The notes beneath the pieces were generated by a model, which made no database searches, was not told the DNA's origin, and worked only from the letters and a program-made list of their open reading frames with translations. The position numbers were made by a program, and so were the translations under genes. A DNA stretch of 60,663 nt, the filler included, from Basidiobolus ranarum (Eukaryota): NCBI GenBank assembly GCA_040143965.1. It is 6 parts of 6 records of this genome, joined end to end, with 100 filler letters (N's around TTAATTAATTAA, not from the genome) between each part and the next. Parts side by side here need not be neighbours in the genome. Positions count along the whole stretch, not along the records: positions 1 to 10,046 come from JASJQH010000749.1; positions 10,147 to 20,188 come from JASJQH010000750.1; 4 more parts are not named here. One strand, written 5' to 3'. The number at the start of each line of letters is the position of its first letter. Positions within the stretch are counted from its first letter, which is position 1. This document shows, piece after piece, positions 1-11,400 of the stretch.

Positions 1-685
1 CCATTTATATTTGCTTTATTTAACTTTATTCTATTCTCAAATTTATTAGGAATGGTTCCTTTAGCAGTCACGTATTTAGCTACCCAATGTAAGCAGTCAC
101 ACCAAGTCTTATTAAGTGTGTATTGCGGACTGAAGTGTATTGAGCATAAGATCCCCTCTAACACCCACAAAATGAATTACTGTGGGTTTGATTGCTTGTC
201 GATCTTGGAAAATGCAATGTATAGCATTGTACAAAATAAGTTACATTTTACTCTACAACTTGGGATTATTCATAGGGAAACTGACCACTCGGGAGACAGA
301 ATCGTGAAATAGACCAAGTGGCTTGTTGCAGTTGAAGAATAGGATCCGATGATCAAATCAGTATATTGTATGGGAAAGATCACCAAGAAAAAGCGATACT
401 ACACTTGGACTAATCAGCCATAGTAAAGGGCCTATTGCTAACTTTCAAAAACTTCCGGCGGGTTTTCTTGTTTGCTCTATCCTAAAAATTGGGATTGTCT
501 TGGTGAGAAAGAAAAATCTCCGATAAATCGGATTTGGGACCATTAACTCACCAAGATCAACATTAATAACCACCTCATACCTGCATGAGCTTTTGACTTG
601 TCTTTCATCATATAAATACCTTGCTTTGGCATGTTGTTACTCATCTCTCGGTCATACTGTATCAGTTAATATCATCGCATTCAAG

Positions 686-1580
686 ATGGAGCATGGGCCA
701 TTCCGTTGTACTGAGTGTCATAAAGGTTACTATCCACTAAATTCTACATAACTTAAAGCATACTGACAACTATCTCCATGTAGAATTTGCCACCAAATCA
801 AATCTCCGGCGACACATAGAGAATCCCAATATCCATAACAAACCCTATGAACGGATCAGAAATCGCCAACATTGGAATGATCTAGGAAGAAAGGCGCCCT
901 CACGCCGAGAGCTATCAGAGCGCATGAGGAAATGGCGAGCAGAAAACGCCGAGAAAAGTAAGGTTTTATATTTAGGCAGCGTCAAATGATCAATCCTTAA
1001 CTAATATATCTTATTTCTAGACAAAGACAATGATACACGCTGCCGAGTGTATCAACTAGCTAAAGTTAAATTTGGACCTGACTCAAGTTCGCAAAAGCAA
1101 GCATGGATTCAAGAGGAGATTGACAAAAGAGTCAACAAAAGAAAATTGCGTGGGAAGCAAATGAACTCAAGTCAGTATAGTGATTCTGAGCCCTCTCCAT
1201 CACCAACACCATCTGAAAACGCACTGAATCTTGCCTTGACGCCTCTCCCTTCAAACAAGTCATCTGGAATTCGTCTGCCCGCCATATCTGAATTGTTACA
1301 TCCAATGACTCATACCAGTGAGATGCAAGTTCGTCTACGTCCAATATCGAGCGGCACTTCCTCTTATCATTCAAGCCCACATCAGCCCCTCGCCTCGGTA
1401 GCATTAAGTCGGAAATTCGATAGCAGTGAGCGTGAGTACGGCCATTCGTTGCGCCAAAAACTCGAACTCCTCCATAATTCAAGCATCCCCAAGAATGACG
1501 CTTCTAGTAGGTATTTCCATCTACATACATCAAATCGATTTTGTCTAGACGTCTTAGGCCATGCCAAATTACCGGTTTGA
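686..1580 (+). CDS. C2H2 zinc finger + DUF3020-like domain protein, putative transcription regulator (exons 686-725, 784-957, 1021-1580)
   Basis: Spliced translation MEHGPFRCTECHKEFATKSNLRRHIENPNIH gives a C-x2-C...H-x6-H finger. It is followed by RMRKWRAENAEKNKDNDTRCRVYQLAKVKFG, matching the fungal DUF3020 motif. Two GT-AG introns with branch-like sites. Confidence 0.8.
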
Positions 1581-3045
1581 AGCAACTCAAGTCAGTCTGG
1601 AGTGAATCATATTACCTTGCAACTTCTGTCTATAATTACTCCAATCTGATATAACTTGAGAATTTTTGCACAGCCACCCATCTTTTTGCGATACTTATTA
1701 TATAATTTGGTCGAAGTTGCCCCTAAAATACCCGCTTCAACAATAAAATGGCCCATTGCTCATCTTGGACTATACTACACTAACAGTAGTAACAGTGTCT
1801 GTTTCTAGGCTTGTGAAATCAAGCATGTCTCGAAACTCTAGGATGTGTGTACTTGCATCAATCTCAGCTTAGAGAATACGTACCTAGTCCAGAAAGATAT
1901 TCTCTGCTCGAACCTTGCAAATGTTTTTGGTAAGATTGGTAGCTGAAATCGGGCTCTACTAAAAATACTCTGTGAAACAGCTCTACTGGATGGCCATTTG
2001 CACTCATTACACTACACCGTAGCAATGGTACAAGCCCACGCAGGATAGAAGCAGCTTAGATAATCATTGAATATGGAGAAGAAAGGCAACTTTGGAACCT
2101 CCCAGAGTCGTCCATAACATCTAGACTAACCTCCATTCCACGTCTCCAAGTGGATCTTCATGAGTTTCACTCGACGCAACCTCGCTGCATCGTTCAAATA
2201 AGTAGAAACTATTTTTAAACCGACAAATTCTAGGTTTATCGCTTGAAAGCTCCTAGTACAAGTAAGGATATTTACCATCACAGGAACAGAGCTCGTAGAC
2301 GTCCAATGTTTCATCCACTGGCTAATGCTCCAGATCTCCCATGGACTTCTGCTAAATAATCATGCTATTAGCTGCTTTTCTCAGCATTAGTGGCCGCACT
2401 GATTTGGAAATAGTGCAACCATCACTAACAGTCCTTAAATGTTACTCTATCTTAAACGATGTTTGATGCTCTGGTAATCTAATTTAACTCTGTCCTACAA
2501 TGGTAGCAAGAGGCGCTTTCATCCAGTGAGCCAATGGCTTCTGGAACCAAACAGGAATTCATCCAATCGGATTTTAGAAATCGTCAGTGTAACTGAACGA
2601 TGATGGCTTAGATCCCTAAAGCAGCAATGAACTAGTATCGTGGGGTGCGCACAAAGGGAAAAGATGCCCACTAGTCTGAGATCAAGCTAGAATTCGTTCG
2701 AGGAGCCAAATGGGTGGCTACAACCTCAGTCAATGTAAACAAGGAGAAAACCTAAATATACCAAAATACTTACATCACTGCTGCATTTGGCCATCTGAAA
2801 TACAGTGACCCCATTTGGAATGAAGCAGCTACTAATTTTCCCATAGTCATGTTCGAACTCGGTATATATACAGTAAGGCGGAAGCTAGGTTGACGTGTAT
2901 CATTCCTTAGTTGTACTTGAATTTGTTTATCAAAATTGGTGCTAAATCGTCACCCCATGCTTTTACCACTTGGAGAAAGCATTTCATACCGTATATTGAC
3001 CTACATCGACCTGTTCCTACATTTGCAATTCGCCCTTCAACCTCT

Positions 3046-3549
3046 ATGAATCCTTTACTTCGCAAACGTTCGATAAATAGCAAAGATCTGTGGCTTTCTG
3101 ACTTGAGCAGCGGATGCACAGTCGAAAACCCAGAGATAACTAACGAAACTGCTAGTGCAACCCTATGTCTAGGATCCATTAAATCCCCGCTGAGTGGGTC
3201 TTTTAGTATTGACTATCTCTGTAAATACATTGCCATTTCCCCCCGAAAGGATTTTTTCTCTGATGATGAAGAGAACTCTACAGACTCAGAGTCCCCTTCA
3301 TTCTCGCCTGATGCCACTTTTATAAGAAGCAATGAGAGTGATATATCCTTACCCTCTTTTCAGTCAGACGACTCTCCTCTACCAGGAGCAGTGTTTTTCG
3401 GGAACGACACTTCTTCGACTGGCTATATCTCCTTTCCTCGTATTGAAGAGTCCCCCTATGGTGTACCTGAAAAGAACGAAAAGTCGTTCAATCGATCCAT
3501 TATCGGCAGCATATCGGGTACGCTTCGAAGACGTTCAGCCAGTGTCTGA
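3046..3549 (+). CDS. hypothetical Ser-rich low-complexity protein
   Basis: First ATG (3046, MNPLLRKRSINSKDLWLSDL) within the 212-codon ORF; no recognisable domain. Confidence 0.45.
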   Translation: MNPLLRKRSINSKDLWLSDLSSGCTVENPEITNETASATLCLGSIKSPLSGSFSIDYLCKYIAISPRKDFFSDDEENSTDSESPSFSPDATFIRSNESDISLPSFQSDDSPLPGAVFFGNDTSSTGYISFPRIEESPYGVPEKNEKSFNRSIIGSISGTLRRRSASV

Positions 3550-3984
3550 ATACTCTTTCACTGCTACTCTGGATATAAATGATGCGTGTCTTTCTAGAAC
3601 CATCATGGCCAAGAAATCCAGCTGGTACTGAATTTTTTCGTTAGCACTTTGTATCAATTCTTCATTATCTACTTATGCCAATGTATTGAAACCCCTTCGT
3701 CTCATCGAAATTGTAAAATTGGCATTCTCAGCCTCCCACTTCGAAGTCGCATCTAGACCCATAGGTATCCACTCCCTACTCTTTCTTTGTACACATGATC
3801 TTATGAATATAAATATGTACAGGATTTAATCAACGGCTTTTAATACTTCGATGAATTCTTTCCATCAAATGAGGCTGTTTTGAAATTTTCAGTGCTTGGT
3901 TGGTAGACCAGAACGTTTATGCCAAACATTCCCATGAGCTTGGAATGAAATGATTTTACATGAATACAAAAGATGAAATGACTT

Positions 3985-5483
3985 CTACAAAGGGGAAGGG
4001 TTGGGTGATTCCAATGCAAGATCCCCAATTTTGTTGGTTAGTGAGGGGAGATTAAGGGAATTCACTGCACGACCTATAACAATAACCGATGGTGGTATCA
4101 CTTCTTCATTCTTCGCGATAGATTCCATGGTGGAAATAGTAGCGAAAATGCACCTTTCTTCGGGGCAATTTGAATGCTCTACGAATACCACTGGACAATC
4201 CTCGGGATATCCTTTAGCTTGAAGTTCTTCACTCAGGACTCCTACTCGGCCCACAGCCATCAAAATACAGTAGTTCTCATCGGTGAATACACGGGGATAT
4301 CAGGCATTGAACCCTTCTCACCACGACCTGTAGTAATCAGCAGTTGATCGGCATATCCGCGAATAGTAACTGGGACATTTGCTACCATCGGAGCCGATAG
4401 GGCACTAGAAATACCAGGTATAACCTCAGGAGTAAAGCCATGCTCACGGAAGTAGAGTATTTCTTCTCCGCCACGACCAAATAAAAATGGATCTCCTATC
4501 TTTAGACGGACAACTTTTTTCCCCTGGAGAAGCCCCTCGAGAGCCCATTCTTGTAATTCATCTTGCGCTTGGTCGGAGCGACCCTTGGTTTTACGAGCAA
4601 TTCGTACTTCACCCTCGGTCAACTCTAAAATCTGAGGATGTATCAATCGATCAGCCAAAACTAAATCAGCTTCCATCAGTGCCTTCTTGGCACCTATAGT
4701 TAACAAATCTGGATCACCAGGACCTGCTCCAACGAGGGCTATACGGCCTTTAACCGGTTCAGATGTCTCATTTTGTAAGGATTGGCGGAGTGATTTGGGA
4801 TCTAAGACGGTATTGCTTTGGTATCCATCCAGCAATTTCTTCATCTCCTGTTCGTCCATTTGACCCAATTCCTCAAAGGACCAAGCTTCGCATACTTTAC
4901 TCATCCAACCCATACGATAAGCAGCATTATCAGGGTTAGGATCTATTTCACGTACTTTCTTTCTCAAACTCCCAGTTTTCTGGATAGCAGCGCCCACCCC
5001 TTGAGGAAGATTGGAGGCAACATGTTTACGAATTAAGTTTGCTAACTTGGGCCCTTGACCATTGGTTGATATAGCGACTTGTAAAGGTCCATCTCTATGA
5101 GTAGACATGAACCAGAAATCGCATAAAGGAGGAACATCGGCAACATTAACAGGAATGTTGCGTTCTTTGCACAAGTGATAGATTTCTTTGGATCTTACGT
5201 GGTCGTCTATGGCTGTCATAACCATATCTACGTTGTTGAGATCCTGTTCCTCAAAATTGCGGTTAATCCAGCTTATTTGTTTCTGTTCAATACGATATTT
5301 TACTTCAGGATGAAGGCCATCTTCTGGAGTCACCACAGTTACTCTGCCATCGGCTTCTAGGACGTTGAAGATGCGACCAGCTGCTACATTACCACCACCA
5401 ACGATTAATACAGTGCGGTCCTTGACTCTCCAAGCTAATACAAGAGAACCGCCACCTTCAATTTTTGGAAACTCCTCAGACAT
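3985..5483 (-). CDS. MET1: siroheme synthase: Met8-like dehydrogenase/ferrochelatase fused to uroporphyrinogen-III C-methyltransferase (CysG-like order), apparent 1-nt frameshift near 4262-4265
   Basis: GGSLVLAWRVKDRTVLIVGGGNVA (NAD-binding), VNVADVPPLCDF, LVGAGPGDPDLLT, RLKIGDPFLFGRGGEE, VIPGISSA. The C-terminal part continues in ORF 3985-4263 after a frame change. Confidence 0.85.
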
Positions 5484-6273
5484 AGTTGTTTTGAACTACT
5501 TTTTGAAATATTTTGGAACAAGTGACAAGGAAAACTCGTGGATATAAAAGCGGTTGGCCTCGATTTGAAATCAATCCTTTTATGGGAAAGGAATCAATTA
5601 TGGTCCAATTGGTGAGATCGACAATTGGATTCATTTTGTATTTCTAATCTTCTTGAGAATCATCGATAATTTTGAATGAAATTACTATCAGATTGGAACA
5701 CGGAGAAATGATTCATTGCGCATCAATACCTATCGCATCCACTTCATCTCAATTGATTAGTAATGACCCGTTAGAAACGTTAAATACACTGCCTCAAATA
5801 GTATCACTGGTAGATTGATAAAATCTAGTCATTTAATCGATCGTCTGACGCTCTGGCGCTGAATTTAGAGTTTCTTTTTGGATGGCGTATCTCTGGACAA
5901 GGGATTCTTCAGACTCGGATGATTTATAGCAATATGGAATCAACAAAACGTGTGGACATATACAATCCAATGAACATGATTAGTTAAAGTATTTTAATGA
6001 ATCTAAACAATATTCACGAGAATGCCCCAGATGGGGTATTCAAGCAGCTCGTTCTAAATATCTATGTAGATAGAATATCTGGGAACCTGAACAAAGAAAT
6101 ACAAAAGATTTTACAAAATGACCTTGTTACTTTCGATAACACGAACTCTATGAGATTCACATACAAGAAATAAAATCACCGGGAATTGAAAGTTATGTAT
6201 ACAAAATAAGCGCCAATACGAAAGATAAATAAACTGGTTTGTTCCGAAGGTTGTCGGATTCTCGAGACTGCAT

Positions 6274-6588
6274 TTACCACAGTTGACCACTTGCACTGTT
6301 CAAGACGATCTTTCGCTTTTTCGCTTTGTTGGTCTCTCGTTCTTCAGGCTCGGTTGTAAAGTTGCATGTCGAAGTAGAACTGGGGGAAGAGACAGTTGTG
6401 GTGGGTGTGGAGTCGGTTGCGTTATTGGTGGGAGAAAAGCCTAGTTGCGAGGAGGTACTACTATCGTCACTTTGAAAGTCCATTAAATCGCCACCTGGAG
6501 CATAGTCATAAATGTTGGGTTGCGAGAGGCTGTTATCAATTTTATTAGACAAAGCTTCAACGGCGCGTTTAACGTGTAAATATGACAT
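6274..6588 (-). CDS. hypothetical small Ser/Thr-rich protein with basic NLS-like patch
   Basis: 104-aa ATG ORF with a KAKKRK patch; no homology recognised. Confidence 0.35.
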   Translation of the reverse strand: MSYLHVKRAVEALSNKIDNSLSQPNIYDYAPGGDLMDFQSDDSSTSSQLGFSPTNNATDSTPTTTVSSPSSTSTCNFTTEPEERETNKAKKRKIVLNSASGQLW

Positions 6589-7990
6589 GGTAGAGACGAG
6601 ATGAATGAATAAGTAGCAAGCAAACGTGAATTAGAGTCTTTTAATATTTGAAAATCTTCCATTTGGCGTTTCTAGCAATTCTTAATTCTGGATGGATCGC
6701 GACACTTTTCTAACCAGCACTGTTTCGAAATCTCACGGAAAACCCCCGAGAATCCTATTCAGCCAACCTATCGACGCAAACATTAGAAAAACTAGATTCG
6801 CGCGCGTTCCAATCACGGGAAATAACTTATCCCTATTCGTATGAGAATGGCTGTCCTGCCAAACAGAGTTGATTTGAGTCATCAAGGGAATATCCCATTT
6901 GTGATGAGAAATGATTAATCGATAAGTCGTAACGGTAATTTGATTTCCAAACTTTCCACAATGGCTGTTTGAAGTACAAATTGAGTTTAGAAATATCGCG
7001 GGTAAGGCGATCCGATTCTAGCCCTCCATGATAGGTCGAGGCATCCGACAAGAGGCTAAGAGATCCACCATGCTCAAGGCCTTCAACCATGTGTATTACG
7101 ACTCAACTTGTGGTCAAGACATCGGAGTCTTTCTTATATCCCACATCCTGGCCATGGTTAGCATGAATACAAAGCCACTGAGTTGTCAAGCAAGCGTCGG
7201 TGTATGAACCATACACTGCTGCTGGGGAATGTTCTGTGTACGCAAAGTTATGACTTAGCCAGCTAGTAAGTATTAGTGACTCCATTTATATCCAATGATA
7301 TCTCCACGTAGCGAGAAAAATATTTATGAAGCAAGGGCGCCCTGTTGATTCTGCCAGTATATATATGGAGTGGTGCTATATCTATGCTCTACCTTACATG
7401 CCGTGTCAAAGCTGCTAACAGGTAAAGTACACTTCAATAGACGCCCCGTTCTTGGTATTATGATGAATTATGTTTGGTCCGTGTTTCTGAGGCGGCGTAA
7501 GACCCCGCTACGTGAATACATCATTTTCTAAACGATCTGACTCTACCTATCACTCCACACACACACCTGCTCGAACTTATCTAACGCTTACCATTCAATT
7601 ATAGGTTAATTCCGTGGTAGCTCCGACATACTTTTTTATATGATAAATAAATAAACATAATTTAAAAACATTCCTTTCGTTTCAGTGTTTTCTAATCGTA
7701 GATTTACATGCATACGCAGGCTATGGCAATGGTGATCATGTTGTGACGCCATTACATTATAAAGGCCATTGAAGCTGAAACCTATCATTTGTTCTAGTTG
7801 AATTGGCTAGCAAGGTTGCGACCGCAAAAAGCTATATTTATCAGGATGAATGCTATAATATCAATCATAAATCATGGATCAAGATACTGATTTTACTGAT
7901 GAAAATTTTCTTCCTGCTTCATGGTCAAGTAGGTTGTAGCTGAGGTTCTTGTTCTATCTTACTAGGGAAACTAAGCCTTACTCAGAAACT

Positions 7991-8456
7991 ATGGATACCA
8001 GTCAATTTTCTTCCGCTGAAAGCACTTACATGGAGCAACTTGTTGCCAAAAAGCAGGTATATTCGGCAATTCAACCTATTTGATAATAGATTAATCCGTG
8101 TGTTTGGACCTGTCTTGTGTCCAACTTATTTGAAGATCGAGTCACTAAACGTTTTCCCTTATTAAATTGCCACTAATCAGATGAAGGATTTCACGCGCAT
8201 GTACACTAGTCTTGTTCAGAGGTGCTACAATGACTGTAATGAAGATCCTTTAAAACCACTCGATTTTGGAGAGGTATGACGAAACGATAGAATATGGTTT
8301 CTTGTTTGAATTCTTGTCTAACTATAACCCTTTTCAACCTGATAGGATTCTTGTGTCAATCGTTGCATCTCTAAATTTATTAAGCATTCCGAGAGAGTGG
8401 GTCAACGGTTCGCAGAACAAAACGCATTATTGACTCAACAACTTGAAAACCAATAA
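7991..8456 (+). CDS. TIM9: mitochondrial intermembrane space chaperone Tim9 (exons 7991-8056, 8181-8273, 8346-8456)
   Basis: Spliced: [41 protein letters not shown]...|[26 protein letters not shown]. Twin CX3C motif and canonical introns; absent from the ORF track. Confidence 0.9.
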
Positions 8457-9187
8457 TGATCTTACCTTTGAAAGAATTCAATCCCTTTCAACGCTTCTAT
8501 TCATTTCTGGTTGTCGTCAGTAAATTAACTTTCATTTATTCATTTTTTTCATAGTATATTGTGAGTTCACTACACTCCTACAGTATGTTTTCTCACAATA
8601 TCTTCCACTTGCAAAATCCTATAGTCTTTTATCAAATAAAGTCTATTAGATCATTCAAACACTATACTCTATAATTGTAACTGATATTTGAATTCTAAGG
8701 AATCGCTTCGCTCGTATGGTTAAATATAGTTTTGCCAGTCGATTAAATATCTCATAAATCTTGTGTTTCTAAAATAGTTTATCAAAGCAATTTGTGCAGG
8801 TTGAGGTGTAAATTGCGAGTCGCAAAATAAATCAGAAGTGGTTTGGGTGTATCAAATCTGGCAATAAATATACGGTCATATATATATGTATTGTCCAGGA
8901 ATAGGTATCAGAAATTATATGGTAAATTTTAAACAGGCTTAAAGAACTGGAAAAAATAACAAAAGAAAACTAGTGAGAGCGTACTCGTCAACTTGAAAGT
9001 TGGGTTAGTTGATTACTGAACCCGCAAATAATCATGTGAAGTGAAAAATCTTTAACAAAACAGGTAGTGGGTACATGAAAAGGTACTGGTGCCATGGAGT
9101 TGTTGTATGTTCGGCGCAAGTAGGTGTGGATCGTACGAAAGCCAAAAAGTACCTACTTGTGTAAATTATGCATTTGGTGATTACGGT

Positions 9188-10046
9188 TTAGTTTACCTCG
9201 GTAGGAGTAGAATTAACCTCGGATATCTGTGGCATAGGCGGAGGTGAATCGTTCCCATTGATTTCTTGTAGCATCTGTAGAGCTCGGGAAGAAATTGAAC
9301 TACGTCGTTGAGTCTTGCGGCGATCACGTAAGCGTGATGCTGCATCACCACGGCTACGGATTTTTCTTGTAGCTTCAACACTATTTCCTTTACGTAGGTT
9401 CTCAAGCAAATTATCCATGACACCTTTTTCGTCATCCTTGTCGGTTGAGGTGTTGTCAGAATCGGAATTTTCTTTCTTCTGCACTCTATTCACTTCCTTC
9501 TCCTCCTCGCGCTTCTTTTTCTTATCAATTTGTGCTTGCTTTTCACGGAAGGCAGCATTATCTTTGGAAGCCTTGTTAAACAGAGTAATGAAGCTTTTGA
9601 AAATCCCAAAGAATTCCTCAGGGGCAGTGCTCTTGGGATCTTCACCATATAGTGATACAATCTCATGATAAGCGACATCCATAGCCTTGAATTTCACATC
9701 CATGTTGCTGAAATCTTCTAAAGCAGTGTTTATGAATTCCGTCATTTGTTTGGCAAAAGGATCGTCGCTTTTTTCTGGATCTGAATGGTGCTTCTCCAGT
9801 TCAGTGGCAGCCTCCTTAAGTTTGGATTGAAGATCTTGAAGTTCAATTTTCATCTCCTGGAACGAGACACGACAAGCACTACCTATGTCTTTTAGTTCTT
9901 CTTGGAATTTTGCAATGTCTGGGAATTTAGTTTCAATTATGTTCACCAAAAAGTGTAACAAAGTGGTTTGATTTTCTTTATCTTTCGTGTCAATCAATTT
10001 GTTAATACTATTGATTTTAAATCCATAAGCCCCACCACGGAACCCA
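9188..10046 (-). CDS. formin, C-terminal FH2 + DAD region (5' truncated by contig end)
   Basis: GFRGGAYGFKINSINKLIDTK...TTLLHFL and PEEFFGIFKSF (FH2); GVMDNLLENLRKG followed by a basic stretch (DAD). Confidence 0.9.
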
Positions 10047-10146
10047 NNNNNNNNNNNNNNNNNNNNNNNNNNNNNNNNNNNNNNNNNNNNTTAATTAATT
10101 AANNNNNNNNNNNNNNNNNNNNNNNNNNNNNNNNNNNNNNNNNNNN
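10047..10146. other. artificial contig linker (N44-TTAATTAATTAA-N44)
   Basis: Six-frame-stop palindrome between N runs; identical at five places in the window. Confidence 0.97.
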
Positions 10147-11032
10147 TACAAATACTCCTGATCTCCATACATTAGTTAAGAAACTACAAAAGTAGTTATG
10201 GCTTCTTTGTTTTGTTTGAAATAAAGATTTCACCTTTGGGTGACTGTCTCCCCCCTATTGACTTTGTTTAAATTGATAAATAAATATTACACCTTCTGGT
10301 GATTATCATCCCCCTAACCTGTCAGTGACTGTCTCCCCCTAACCCTTTTCATCCTTACCCTCCCTTACCATTACCAGAACATCTATACCCTTCTCTGATC
10401 CTTCTTCTTGCTGGAGAATACTGCTAGGAGATCCTGAAGTCAGGAAATTTGCTTCCTTTATAGAACAAGCTGAGAAGCCTTCCCTTGCCTACAAGGAATA
10501 TTTGATGGACCTTTGGCAGCAATACCTTCAGAAAGACACCCCCTTTATGCTTTATGTTAATTGTAGCCTCATTCCACTTATTTCTATTGTTGAAAAACAA
10601 TTTTTGCATTTATTGCTCCCTATCACTCAACTTAATAGTGTCTTAGACTCTACTGACTTAACTTTTCTACTGTGCAACATTCACACCAATACATCAAAAC
10701 TTCACACTTTGATTCAGAAACTGCAGAAGTAGTTATGGCTTCTTTGTTTTGTTTGAAATAAAGATTTCACCTGTTGGTGACTGTCTCCCCCCTAACCCTA
10801 ATCCTTCTGGAAAACTCTACTCAGGCTCCACCTCTTCTGGAATACTTTACTCTTGGCTCCATCCTATCAGGAACACTCTTAGGCCTAGCTTACTAGGAAA
10901 CTTAGCTCTGTCAACATCTTGACTTTGTCTTTAAGTATTATATTCTAACTTGGCTTATTTATTTATTGACTTTGTTTAAACTGATGAATAAATATTACAC
11001 CTTCTGGTGCTTATCATCCCCCTGACCCTAAG
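10147..11032 (+). mobile_element. CpG-free head-to-tail array of variably truncated units, each ending in AATAAA-N5-CACC-N4-GGTG-N8-CCCCC-TAACCC(TAA); putative retroelement 3'-end chain
   Basis: Motif copies at 10220-10257, 10279-10319, ~10317-10345 (partial), 10757-10801 and 10987-11032. Two unit families, A and B. No CG dinucleotide found by eye. Confidence 0.6.
10343..10732 (+). pseudogene. 5'-truncated ORF (129 codons) carried by an array unit; product unknown
   Basis: The frame is open from the unit junction to TAG at 10730-10732. Its C-terminus TNTSKLHTLIQKLQK* is paralogous to TNTPDLHTLVKKLQK* at 10148-10195. Confidence 0.55.
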
Positions 11033-11115
11033 AAAAGTTAGTTATATTCTCACTTTTTGCACCTTGTGTATGCTGTTAATGTAAAAATAACAATGAACAT
11101 TTAGAACATAAAAGT

Positions 11116-11400
11116 GTTGAATTATCTTGGTAGCTTGTTGAAAGTGGTTAAGAGAGCTAGAAGAATTTGGGTTTTCCCTTACCTATATATTAAGTGGAAA
11201 GTTAACATTTATAGTTTTGTCCAGAGGTAGGCAAAAAATGTGTGCTTTGTGTTAAGAAAGGCCTCAGGAAAATGTGTACAATGCTGGGTGCTTCTAGGAC
11301 AAGCTTGAAAAATATTTGAAGTAAATGCCTTAAGAAAGTAAGTGAGAGATATCTTAGTTCGATATGGAATAACTAAATACTAAGCTGTATGTGACTATAT
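11116..11400 (+). repeat. ~300-bp dispersed non-coding repeat family, copy A
   Basis: Shares blocks (GTTGAA..., AAGTGGTT..GAGAGCTAGAA, GTTAACATTTATA.TTTTGT, CTTAGTTC.ATATGG.ATAACTAAATACTAAGCT...GACTATAT) with 31058-31360, 31388-31700 (rc) and 35018-35310. Confidence 0.75.

Noticed and set aside
3985-5483. Bacterial cysG horizontal transfer
   Set aside because: Despite the CysG-like domain order and lack of introns, the N-terminus (GGSLVLAW...GLHPEV) looks like fungal Met8-type sequence. A phylogeny would be needed to claim transfer.
10091-10102. TTAATTAATTAA palindrome recurring every ~10 kb
   Set aside because: It is embedded in N runs and is a synthetic six-frame-stop linker.
10220-11032. 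Array motif as a CRISPR repeat
   Set aside because: Spacing between copies is irregular (30-460 nt), the intervening sequences are homologous to each other, there are no cas genes, and the context is eukaryotic.
10981-11036. CTGATGA...GAAA as a hammerhead ribozyme core
   Set aside because: The required stems could not be built by eye, and the homologous copy near 10273 lacks CTGATGA.
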